64,000 bases of DNA. Origin: an uncultured delta proteobacterium. Its GTDB lineage: Bacteria; Myxococcota_A; Polyangia; Fen-1088. The notes beneath the pieces are model-generated. The model saw only the letters and a program-made list of their open reading frames with translations, did no database searches and had not been told where the DNA came from. This document shows positions 1 to 9,400 of the stretch, piece after piece. How positions within the stretch are numbered: the stretch's first letter is position 1; every line of letters starts with the position of its first letter. Both the position numbers and the translations under genes were made by a program. The stretch spans positions 64,001 through 128,000 of the forward strand of contig CAVTRY010000007.1 in the NCBI GenBank assembly GCA_963737265.1. The letters are read 5' to 3'.

Positions 1-1287
1 GGCGCGCAGCTCGGCTGCGCGGCCGGGCAGAAATCGCGTCGACACGCGCGCCATGCGATCCGCGGCGGCCCAGCACATCAGGCTGGAAAAGGTCTGCGGC
101 TTCCATTCGGTGCGGTATTCCCAAATGCCCGCATCGGGCACGCCGACCACGCTCACCGCCTTGCGCGCCAGGCGCTCCAGCAACTGCAACACGGCGGGTG
201 AACGCTCGGCCGCGAAGCGCTCGTCGAGGAAGATGGGCGTCAGAGCCAGCACCATTTCGCCGAACACATCGTTCTGCACGTGGCGAGCGGCACCGTTGCC
301 GACGCGTACGGGACCGTCACCGCCAAAGCCAGGCCAGTCGGCGAGGATGCGTTCGTCCAAGTCCGAGCGGCCGTCGATGCGATAGAGCGGAGCAAGATCC
401 AAATCCGGGTGCGCGCCCGCCACGTTGAGCAGAAAGCGCACGAAGTCTTCGCGCTCGTCGAATTGCCCGAGCAAGCGAAATGCGCCGAGCACGTAGGCGG
501 CGTCGCGCAGCCAGCAGTAGCGATAGTCCCAGGTGCGCCCACTTCCCGGCGCCTCGGGAATCGAGGTTGTCATGGCGGCCACGATGGCGCCAGTGTCCTC
601 GAAGCAATGCAGCTTCAGCGCCAGCGCCGAGCGAATCACTTCGCCCTGGAAGATGGGCGGAATATCGCAATGCTTGACCCAGCGCTGCCAGTAGCGTCGC
701 GTTTGCACGAGGAAGCTCTCGGCCAGCGGCGCCAGCGCTTCTTCCACGGGAGCGCCGTAGCTGAGCACGAGGTGGCGTCTCTCCGTCAGGCTGAAGGCAC
801 GCCCGTCGAGATACGACAGAGGCACGTCGGTGGTCAGGCGCACCTGGCTCGAAAAGCCCTCGTAGCGCACGTGATTGGACCCGAACAATTGCGCGGGCTG
901 CCCCTTGGAAAATCCCAGGCGCGGCTCGCACAGCACGCGCACCCGCGGCGTGCCCTCGATGGGTTCGATGATGCGATAGAGTTGCGTGGGGTGGAAGACC
1001 CGGTCGTACTGCAGAAAACGCGGGGCGAAATCCGTCACGCGAAAGGCGCCGGTGGCGCTGCGAAACGTGGTCACCAGGATGTTGGTGTTATCCTCGTACG
1101 CCATCGTGCCCGGCTTGCCGTCCTCGCCACCGACGACGAACCGCCCGCCGGCCTCATGGTCGAGCAAGGTGGAAAACATCGGATCGGAATCGAAGCGCGG
1201 CAGGCAGCACCACACGATCGTGCCCGAATCCTCGACCAATGCCGAATACTGACAATTGCCGATCAGTGCCAAGCGTTCGAGCCGCAT
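1..1287 (-). CDS. Glycoside hydrolase family 15 (trehalase/glucoamylase-like), runs off window start
   Basis: Read manually from ATG at 1287: MRLERLALIGNCQYSALVEDSGTIVWCCLPRFDSDPMF, later NWDYRYCWLRDA and IWEYR, typical of GH15. Absent from the ORF track, presumably because it has no stop in the window. Divergent from otsAB. Confidence 0.88.
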   Translation of the reverse strand, partial: MRLERLALIGNCQYSALVEDSGTIVWCCLPRFDSDPMFSTLLDHEAGGRFVVGGEDGKPGTMAYEDNTNILVTTFRSATGAFRVTDFAPRFLQYDRVFHPTQLYRIIEPIEGTPRVRVLCEPRLGFSKGQPAQLFGSNHVRYEGFSSQVRLTTDVPLSYLDGRAFSLTERRHLVLSYGAPVEEALAPLAESFLVQTRRYWQRWVKHCDIPPIFQGEVIRSALALKLHCFEDTGAIVAAMTTSIPEAPGSGRTWDYRYCWLRDAAYVLGAFRLLGQFDEREDFVRFLLNVAGAHPDLDLAPLYRIDGRSDLDERILADWPGFGGDGPVRVGNGAARHVQNDVFGEMVLALTPIFLDERFAAERSPAVLQLLERLARKAVSVVGVPDAGIWEYRTEWKPQTFSSLMCWAAADRMARVSTRFLPGRAAELRA

Positions 1288-1420
1288 GTCCTTGAACGTA
1301 GCAGAAAGCCCGCGTAGCATCAGTGTCAGTCGCTAACGCGTGTGCTCTTCCGCCTACCAGGGCCCAGCATACATCGCCGGTCACCTGCCCGCTCACCTCA
1401 CCCATTGCGTGGAGGCTACG

Positions 1421-3682
1421 ATGAAACGAGTAGCGCGCTTCCTGATTGTACTCCTAGCCTCGGTGGCCCTGCTGGCCTGGGCCGCGGCCACAGTGGTCGA
1501 ACGCACCACGCGCGAGTGGTTCGAAAAGGACATCATTCTGCGCGCCAAGCTGGTGGAAAGCGGCGCGCACCAGGATCTCTTGTCCCATTGGTCGTCCAAC
1601 ACCGGCGATGCGCTGGGCGGGATCCTCGCCAACATCGCCCGCGACGAAAGGATCATGGCGGCCGCGGCGTGCAACGACCGGATGGTGCTGCTGGCGCACA
1701 CCGCGCTGCTGCCCGCGCAGCTCAGTTGCGCCGCCATCGCCAAACGGATGAACGAGGCACGTGCGCGAACGGCATTCTCCAGCGAGCCGCTATCGGTTTG
1801 GGGAACGGCATGGGAGCTTCCCGGTGGGGAGGTTCACGTCAGCGCGGTGCCGCTGGTTCACAACGAAGAGGAAGTTGGTTTCTTGGTGCTCGTGCACGAC
1901 TTGTCCTTCGTCGAACGGCGCGAGGCCACGACCCGCAGCTTCCTGCTGTTCGTGTTCGGAACCCTGGCCTTGGTCGCGTCGGTGGTCACCATCGTAGCCG
2001 CGCGCCTATCGTGGCACGGATTCCGCAAAGAATTGCTCCGCTTCATCCAGGGTGGATCGCACCGCAAGGAATTTCTTCCCATCATTCGCGACGTGCGCGA
2101 GCTCGTCGAACGCATCGCCGCCGAGCGCGAGCTCGAGGGACAGAACAGCGCGTGGAGCGCCCAGCGCCTGAAGCAGACCCTGGTTCGCCATTTTCCGGGC
2201 GAGAAGGTCATCGTGCTCGCCAATCGCGAGCCCTATATTCACGAGCGCAACAAGGATGGCGTCGTCGAGATCCGGCATCCGGCGAGCGGCCTCGTCACCG
2301 CCGTCGAGCCGGTACTGCGCGCGTGCTCGGGGGTTTGGGTCGCCCATGGCAGCGGCTCGGCCGATCGGGAACCCGTCGATCGCAAGGATCGCGTGCTCGT
2401 GCCACCCGACGAGAAGTCCTATTCTCTGCGCCGGGTGTGGCTGTCCGCGGATGAGGAGCGCGGCTATTACTACGGCCTCGCCAATGAGGGTCTGTGGCCG
2501 CTGTGCCACTTGGCCCACAACCGCCCGATTTTCCGCGGCGAGGACTGGGCGGCTTACGCGGCAGTCAATCGGCGATTTGCCGAGGCGGTGTGCAAGGAAG
2601 CCGATTCCGACGACCCCGTCGTGCTGGTGCAGGATTACCATTTTGCCCTGGCCCCGCGCCTCATCCGCGAACGCCTGCCGCGTGCGACCATCATCACCTT
2701 CTGGCACATTCCCTGGCCCAACGCCGAACGCCTCGGCATCTGCCCCTGGCGCGCCGAGATTTTGGCGGGCCTGCTCGGCAGCAGCATCCTCGGCTTCCAG
2801 ACTCAGCTCTACTGCAACAACTTCCTCGACTCCGCCGATCGTTATCTCGAAGCGCGCATCGATCGCGAACAGAGCGCCGTGATTCAGCACGGCAACTCCA
2901 CCTCGGTCAAACCCTATCCCATCTCGATTGCGTGGCCGAACGAATGGGTGGCGGCGGCCCCGCCGGTCGAGGAATGCCGCCGCTCCGTGTTCGCCGATCT
3001 GGGACTGCGCAAGGACGCCATCCTGGGCGTGGGGGTGGACCGACTCGACTACACCAAGGGCATCGAAGAACGCCTGCTCACCGTGGAGCGCCTGCTCGAA
3101 CGCTTCCCGGCCTATATCGGCCGCTTCACCTTCGTACAGTTGGCGGCGCCCAGCCGCAGCCTGATCGAACCATACCGACAGCTCGACGAGGCCGTTGAAA
3201 AAACCGCGGCGCGCATCAACGAGCGTTTTGGCCGCGAAGGCTACCGGCCCATTTGCCTGCGCCGCGCACACCACGAACCACCCACGGTTTTCCGCTACTA
3301 TCGCGCTGCCGATCTTTGTTACGTCAGCAGCCTGCACGACGGCATGAATCTGGTGGCCAAGGAATTCGCGGCAGCCCGCGACGACGAGCGCGGCGTGCTG
3401 GTCCTTAGTCAGTTCACCGGCGCCGCACGCGAGTTGACCGAGGCCTTGGTGGTGAACCCCTACGATTTAGAAGAAGCCAGCTCCGCCCTTGCGATGGCCA
3501 TCGCTATGTCGCCCGAGGAGCAGCGCGACCGCATGCACGCCATGCGCGCCTATCTATCTGAGTTCAACGTATTCCGTTGGGCCGGACGAATGCTGGTGGA
3601 TGCCGCGCGCCTGCGCAAGAAGGAAAGCGTGCTCGGTCGCGTGGGCGGGGATCTCGTCAAGCTGGCAGGCCTGTCTCGGTGA
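1421..3682 (+). CDS. otsA: Trehalose-6-phosphate synthase (GT20) with N-terminal TM-periplasmic-TM extension
   Basis: Motifs ANREPY, SGLVTA, NEGLWPLCH, VQDYH, FWHIPWP, GVDRLDYTKGI, DGMNLVAKEF. About 270 extra N-terminal residues with two hydrophobic helices. ATG 1421 preceded by GGAGG. Confidence 0.93.
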   Translation: MKRVARFLIVLLASVALLAWAAATVVERTTREWFEKDIILRAKLVESGAHQDLLSHWSSNTGDALGGILANIARDERIMAAAACNDRMVLLAHTALLPAQLSCAAIAKRMNEARARTAFSSEPLSVWGTAWELPGGEVHVSAVPLVHNEEEVGFLVLVHDLSFVERREATTRSFLLFVFGTLALVASVVTIVAARLSWHGFRKELLRFIQGGSHRKEFLPIIRDVRELVERIAAERELEGQNSAWSAQRLKQTLVRHFPGEKVIVLANREPYIHERNKDGVVEIRHPASGLVTAVEPVLRACSGVWVAHGSGSADREPVDRKDRVLVPPDEKSYSLRRVWLSADEERGYYYGLANEGLWPLCHLAHNRPIFRGEDWAAYAAVNRRFAEAVCKEADSDDPVVLVQDYHFALAPRLIRERLPRATIITFWHIPWPNAERLGICPWRAEILAGLLGSSILGFQTQLYCNNFLDSADRYLEARIDREQSAVIQHGNSTSVKPYPISIAWPNEWVAAAPPVEECRRSVFADLGLRKDAILGVGVDRLDYTKGIEERLLTVERLLERFPAYIGRFTFVQLAAPSRSLIEPYRQLDEAVEKTAARINERFGREGYRPICLRRAHHEPPTVFRYYRAADLCYVSSLHDGMNLVAKEFAAARDDERGVLVLSQFTGAARELTEALVVNPYDLEEASSALAMAIAMSPEEQRDRMHAMRAYLSEFNVFRWAGRMLVDAARLRKKESVLGRVGGDLVKLAGLSR

Positions 3683-4422
3683 AGAACATCCTGGCCGACG
3701 AGCACCTGCCGGCCCTGCGGCACTTCGCCCGCGAGCGCGTCCTGCTCGCCTTCGATTTCGATGGCACCCTTGCGCCCATCGTGCGCGATCCGAATACCGC
3801 CGCCATGCGGGCCAGGACCCGTGCGCTGCTCGCGCGGGTTGCCGAGCTTTATCCTTGCGTGGTGATTTCCGGGCGCGCGCGCGCAGACGTCGCCAAGAGA
3901 GTGGTAGGCATATCGTTGCGAGCCGTGATCGGCAATCATGGCATGGAGCCTTCCCGCAATCTGCGGGGCGCGCAGTGGCTGGCCACGCTGTGGCAGACGC
4001 AGCTCGCATCCACGTTGCCAAAAATCTCCGGCGTCGTCGTCGAAGACAAAGGGCCGAGCTTGGCCATCCATTATCGACTGGCCCGCTCGCGCGCCGCGGT
4101 CCGCCGCCACATCCTGATCGCCGCCGCCGCCCTGCACGACGCCCGTATCGTCGAAGGCAAGATGGTAGTCAACATCGTACCCGCCGATGCCCCCGACAAA
4201 GGGACCGCCTTGGTCCGTTTGTGCAAGCGCCTAGGCTGCGCGTCCGCCGTCTATATCGGCGACGACGAAAACGACGAAGACGTCTTCGCCTTGGCCAGCG
4301 AAGGCCGCCTCCTCGGTATCCGCGTCGGGCGCTCGCGGCGATCGCAGGCCGCCTATTTTCTACCCGGTCAGACCGACATCGATGCGCTTTTGGCCGAGTT
4401 GGTTGCCCGCCGGGCGGATTAA
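3679..4422 (+). CDS. otsB: Trehalose-6-phosphate phosphatase (HAD)
   Basis: AFDFDGTLAPI, ISGR, GNHGME, DKG, YIGDDENDEDVF. GTG start overlaps the otsA stop (GTGA). Confidence 0.92.
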   Translation: MKNILADEHLPALRHFARERVLLAFDFDGTLAPIVRDPNTAAMRARTRALLARVAELYPCVVISGRARADVAKRVVGISLRAVIGNHGMEPSRNLRGAQWLATLWQTQLASTLPKISGVVVEDKGPSLAIHYRLARSRAAVRRHILIAAAALHDARIVEGKMVVNIVPADAPDKGTALVRLCKRLGCASAVYIGDDENDEDVFALASEGRLLGIRVGRSRRSQAAYFLPGQTDIDALLAELVARRAD

Positions 4423-4439
4423 GTCCTTCAAGCGCTGAA

Positions 4440-4499
4440 CTACTACCTCCGAGATTCTTCGCGTGGCGCTTTCGACCGGACAACCTGCAGCCTGCAGCG
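4440..4499 (+). repeat. Dispersed 30-bp repeat (copy 1) followed by short (CCTGCAG)2
   Basis: CTACTACCTCCGAGATTCTTCGCGTGGCGC matches the reverse complement of 54557-54586 at 28/30. Confidence 0.65.
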
Positions 4500-4532
4500 T
4501 GTGGGTTGCGGGCGAAACCTCGCGCTACGGCA

Positions 4533-5666
4533 CTAGAAAAACGTGTAGACCAGCGTCGCCTCGGTGAGGGTGTCGGCGTGGTCGGCGTACTGGTAGGCGC
4601 CGTATTGGGGCGGATAGGTCGTCCCGGCGGGCAGCGGACGCGGCGCGGGGTTCTCTGTGTATTTGAATGTGAAGCCGAGCCCCAAGCTGAGGCTCTTGTA
4701 CAGGTTGGTGCTGATTCCGATCTTCGCGTTCACGCGCGTGTCCTTGAACGGATCGACGCCATCGCTGCCATCGCTGGCGTTTCTGGCCTTGGCTTCCTTG
4801 TTGAGGTTGAACAAGCCCTCCACACCCGCGGTCATTCCGGTCTGCTGGGTCAGCGTCAGGGTTTCACCCACGAAGGCACGCGCCGAGTGGACGGCGATGC
4901 TGGGATCCGAAGTCTCGAATACAAGGTAGGAGAAGTCGTAGCCAAGCTCCGCGACCACCAGGTGCATCTTGTCTTTGAACAGCTGCCGACTATAGCCCGC
5001 TTGGCCACCGCCGAAGAACATCTTGCCGGCGACCTTGTCCCCGGCTGCCTGAGCGCTGACGTAGAGAGAGTTGTTTTCCGTGAGAAATCGATCGTAGCGA
5101 CCCTTGGTCATCCAGTTGTTGGTGCTGACCACGGTTTCCCGCCGGTAATCGGTGACAATCTGGCCGGTCGAATCTGGGATGGCAACCAAATTACTCGACT
5201 TGCCGTAGGCGTAAACGCCTTCCAGGGTCAGCTTATTCTTGCCCTCCTTGCGCGAGGCATTCACGCCAAAGGTGGCGTTGGTTGTCTGCGAGTTGCCGGA
5301 GCTGAGCAGAAAGCCACCCTTGCTCTGCGCCTTCCACTCAACCGCATTGGCCGCTGCCGCGGCGGCTTTCTCGGCGTCTAGGCGCGCGGCCTCAGCTTTG
5401 GCGGCCTCGGCCTTCGTGGCTTCCGCTTTGGCGGCCTCGGCTTTCGCCGCTTCGGCCTTGGCGGCAGCGCCGGAGTCCACCTCGGCCTTGGGCGACTCGG
5501 TCGATTCGGGCACAGCTTCGGCTTGGGCAAATGCTCGGCTGCTCACCAGCAGAAGCAGGGCCACAAGCACGCTGGTCGAGCTTGGGCAACGTCGCCTCGC
5601 CGTGGAAACGGTTTGCAGGCATTCGGGATTGTGTTCGCGTTCTTTTCTGATTTCTTCCGTGGGCAT
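4533..5666 (-). CDS. DUF481/YdiY-like outer-membrane beta-barrel protein
   Basis: Signal-like hydrophobic stretch ending AFA-Q, (AKAEA)n spacer, LSSGNSQT, amphipathic strands, C-terminal TLVYTFF beta-signal. Start uncertain. Confidence 0.7.
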   Translation of the reverse strand: MPTEEIRKEREHNPECLQTVSTARRRCPSSTSVLVALLLLVSSRAFAQAEAVPESTESPKAEVDSGAAAKAEAAKAEAAKAEATKAEAAKAEAARLDAEKAAAAAANAVEWKAQSKGGFLLSSGNSQTTNATFGVNASRKEGKNKLTLEGVYAYGKSSNLVAIPDSTGQIVTDYRRETVVSTNNWMTKGRYDRFLTENNSLYVSAQAAGDKVAGKMFFGGGQAGYSRQLFKDKMHLVVAELGYDFSYLVFETSDPSIAVHSARAFVGETLTLTQQTGMTAGVEGLFNLNKEAKARNASDGSDGVDPFKDTRVNAKIGISTNLYKSLSLGLGFTFKYTENPAPRPLPAGTTYPPQYGAYQYADHADTLTEATLVYTFF

Positions 5667-5686
5667 GACTTTGTTCGAAGCTCCTA

Positions 5687-6433
5687 TCAATCGATTTGTG
5701 ACGACGGGGCTGTTGCGGCTGTGGCCACCGTCAAGACGCAGGCTCCCTCTTGCCGCCAGACGATTCGAACGGATTGCTCGAAGGGTTGTCGAAACGTGTG
5801 GAGCGGCGTTTTGATGTACGACTCCGCGGAAAGTTTCACATCCATGGGCAACCAACCCACCGGACAGCCAAAAAACATCTTACCGACCAGGTTTACCACA
5901 ATGGAGCGCGTGTCCACCCGCAAACCCAGGCCCAGCAGCTTGAGGACGGCCTCCTTGGCGCTCCACAGGCGGGCGACAACCAGATCGCGCTCCGCTCCCG
6001 CCTGGTCCGCCATCTCCGCCTCGTCGTCGGCGAAAAACTGCCTGACCAGCGCAAGATCGCGCGACTCGATGGTTTCCACGTCCGCCCCGATGTGAACACT
6101 TGGATCCATCGACGAAGCCGCCATCCCGATGTCGCTGCGATGGGAAATCGAAATGGGATACGGCCATCCGCCCTGCCCTTCGATGAGAACGAAGGGCGCA
6201 CCCGACGGCTGGTTGAGCACGCTAATTGTGTCGTCGCGCAAGGCTGGGTCACGCGCCACTTCGCGCACGAGCTGTTTGGCCGCCGCCCGGCCGAGCAGCC
6301 ATTTCCGTCGCCGCGGCAAGAATGCCAGCCCGGCGAGATTCGCCTCCTCGCGCGGACTCAGCAATCCGGGCCACGCCTGGCCCTGCTCCAGCGACGGGTG
6401 CTCGTGGGCATGAACCAGGACATAGCGAAACAT
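5687..6433 (-). CDS. Sfp-type 4'-phosphopantetheinyl transferase
   Basis: GRAAAK, SGAP, SISH, IGADVE and WSAKEAVLK motifs. Start overlaps the PKS stop at 6433. Confidence 0.9.
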   Translation of the reverse strand: MFRYVLVHAHEHPSLEQGQAWPGLLSPREEANLAGLAFLPRRRKWLLGRAAAKQLVREVARDPALRDDTISVLNQPSGAPFVLIEGQGGWPYPISISHRSDIGMAASSMDPSVHIGADVETIESRDLALVRQFFADDEAEMADQAGAERDLVVARLWSAKEAVLKLLGLGLRVDTRSIVVNLVGKMFFGCPVGWLPMDVKLSAESYIKTPLHTFRQPFEQSVRIVWRQEGACVLTVATAATAPSSQID

Positions 6434-9400
6434 CAGCTGGCCACGTTGCGGAACGGGCGCGCTTCTTCCTCGGGCAGGGTGTTCGGCATGCGCGAGGTGC
6501 GGTAGCCCTCAAGCTCGACGTGGACCCTGCCTTCGCCGTCGCGCACGCGGGCGCTGAACGAAAGTCCGCCCGTGCTCGGATGGGCGGTCACCTCGGCGAC
6601 CAGCGGGCCACCGTTCATCGACGGGTCGCGCACGGTCACGCGATCGACCGCCGCGGGCAAGGCAAGCTGGCCGCTGTGGCCGATTTCCCAGACCCCGGCG
6701 GTCTGGAAGCACAGCTCAATGAGACGCGGCCCCACGACGCTGCCGTGGCTCGGGTTGGTCGTGTCGATCGGCAGATTAGCCGTCATGCAGCCAATCACCT
6801 GATTGGGCCCGGCGCTTTCCACGCGGTCGAGCACCCGGTAGGCCGGGCCGTGGAAGAACACGCGATAGATGTCGTCGCGGCCGATCTCGGGATCGGTGCG
6901 ATGGAAGGCCTGCACGCGTTGATCGTCGAGGGCCGATGGCGCAAGCACGACCACGCCCGAGAAATGAAGTTTCTCTTCGGGCTCGCGGCCGACGATGGTT
7001 TGCACCGACGACAGCGTGGTGAAGACGCGTACGCGGCCGTCGGCCGACAATACCGGCCGGGCGCGCACGATGGCGGCGCGCGGTTCGTGGCGGTAGTACT
7101 TCATGGGCGCGAGGAAGCGCAGATTTTCCAAACCCACGACGTGGTGGCTGGGAACCAGCAGCCACCCGGCTTCCGCGAATGTCTCGATTCCCATCACACC
7201 TGGAAGCACGGGAATCCCGTCGATGGCGTGATCGTAGAGGAAGGGCTCGGCCTTGGGATCGAGCTTCATCTCGGCGCTAAGGCCGTCGTGCAGATGAAAG
7301 CTAACCTGGGTAAAGGGCAAGGGCAGCGACCGGTCTTGTGCGCGTGCTTGCAAGCTGCCCTCGATGTCGAGGCCGCCATCCTTGTCCACGGGATCAAGCA
7401 AGATTCCGAGACGGCGGCCGACCACCGCCTCGCCCGAGTAGCCGGCGAGAAGAGCGTTGCGAATGACCGGCAAGCCCTCGGCTGGGTCGAGCATGTCGAT
7501 TCCGGCGCGCTTCATGATCTCGGGGATGCTTCCGCGCGTGGCCATGCCGATGCCGCCCCACGCGGTCCAGTCGAGGGCGATGCCTTGCGAGCCGGGACGC
7601 GCGGCGGCCCACCACGAGACCGTCTTGCACATGAAGTCGTTGCCAGCGCTGTAGTCGGCTTGGCCGGCGTTACCGAAGCGGCCCGCCACCGACGAGAAGA
7701 CGACAATGGCCTTCACGTCCACGTCGCGCGTGGACGCCATCAGGTTGAACAAACCGTCGGCCTTGACGCGAAAGACCAGATCGAATTCCTCGACCGGCTT
7801 GCGATCGAGCGAGCGACTGCGTTCGAGCCCGGCCGCGTGCAGGATCACGTCAACCTTGCCGCTTTGTTCGCGGATGTTTTCCACCACGGCACGGACGGCG
7901 CTTCCGTCCAGGACGTCGACCTGACGATAGAAAGCGCGGCCGCCCGCCTCTTCGACCGAGCGCAGGGCTTCGAGGATGCCCGCCTGCCGTTCGAGGTCGA
8001 AGAGTTTCTCCTCGACCTGCGCTGGCGTGGCGCGGCCCTTCTCGGCCTTCATCGTCTCATACACCTCGCGCTTGGCACCTTCGCGATCCTTGACCACCTT
8101 TTCCAGCAGGGGCCGTTCGCTCTCGGGCGGCATCTGCCGCGCGTTCGAGCAAATAGAAGGTCCCACGCGAAGCGGCCGCTAGATCACGCACGATGGCCAC
8201 GGTGATGGCGCCCGCTCCGCCGGTGACGGCGAACACCGAGTCGGCATCCAGCTTGAACGGCGCCTTGGCGTCGCTGGGAATGGCCGACAGAAGCTCGACG
8301 GCCACGCTCACGCGCAGGCTGCCCTGATAGCCGATTTCGACCGCGCCGGGATCGCGCTCGGTCTCGTCGAGCAACGCGCGCGCCACGACCTCGCTCGGCA
8401 TGTCTACCGGAAAGTCCACCGCCTTGACCATGGCCTCTGGCCGTTCGCGCTTGGCAGCTTTGACGAAACCAACGACGGCGCCGCCCAGTGGATTGCTCGC
8501 ACCGCCCGGCGCGTAGCCATGATGGCCGCCCATGCGGGTCGCGGCGATGAGGAAGGTGCCCGGATTGGCGAACGTGTCGTACAGGCCGCGCACCGCCCCG
8601 TGCAACAGCAGCACGCGATCGTGGTAGAGCTTGCGGAACTCGACCAGATCGATCTCGGCCAGCGATGGGCACGGATCGAGCGAGGCCAGAAAGTACATAC
8701 CAGCGATCGGGCCTGTGGCCGCCCACTCGCGCAGGGCGTGCTCGATCTCGGCGCGTTCGGGCCGCGCATCGATGCGCAGGACCTGGGCGCCCCGTCGTTC
8801 GAGCTCTTCGCACAGCAGCTTTCCCGCACCTTCATAGTCGGCAACCACGACGACGCGACTGCCCTTGTCCAGGCGCACCGGCGTGGCCTTGCACGCCGCC
8901 AGCGGCGGGCGCAGGACCAAGGTCGGCCGGCGAAGCACGCCGCTTTCGAAGGAATTGGCGGGCGAAACGGCCGGCGCCGCAATCGGCGCGGGCGCCGGTG
9001 CAGCCGCGGGCGTGGCTGCGACCGACGGCGCCGCGGCGGCTCCGGCGACATTCTTCTTCACGAACTCGATCACGTGGCGAAGCGTCGGGTAGTCGCGCAG
9101 CTTCAACTCCTCCTGGCGAGGGATATTGAATTCCTCGCGCACCATCGCGAACACCTCGGCTTGCTTGACCGTATCGACGCCGAGATCGGCCTCCAAATCC
9201 AGGTCCAGCTCCAGCATGTCGCTGGGATAGCCGGTCTTCTCGGCCACCATGCCCAGCACCTTTTCGACGATGGCGTCGCCCACCGTCGCTGTGGTCGTGG
9301 CCGTGGCTGTGGTCGTGGCCGTGGCCGTGGCCGTGGCCGGCCCCGTCGCAGTCGCGAGCCCCAGGCTCTGCTCGACATAGCCAATCACGTGGCGAAGCGT

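Noticed and set aside
280-1317. 345-aa plus-strand ORF
   Set aside because: Antisense shadow of the GH15 gene; no motifs of its own.
3489-5381. 630-aa ORF spanning otsB and DUF481
   Set aside because: Off-frame or antisense product of high GC content; overlaps two well-supported genes.
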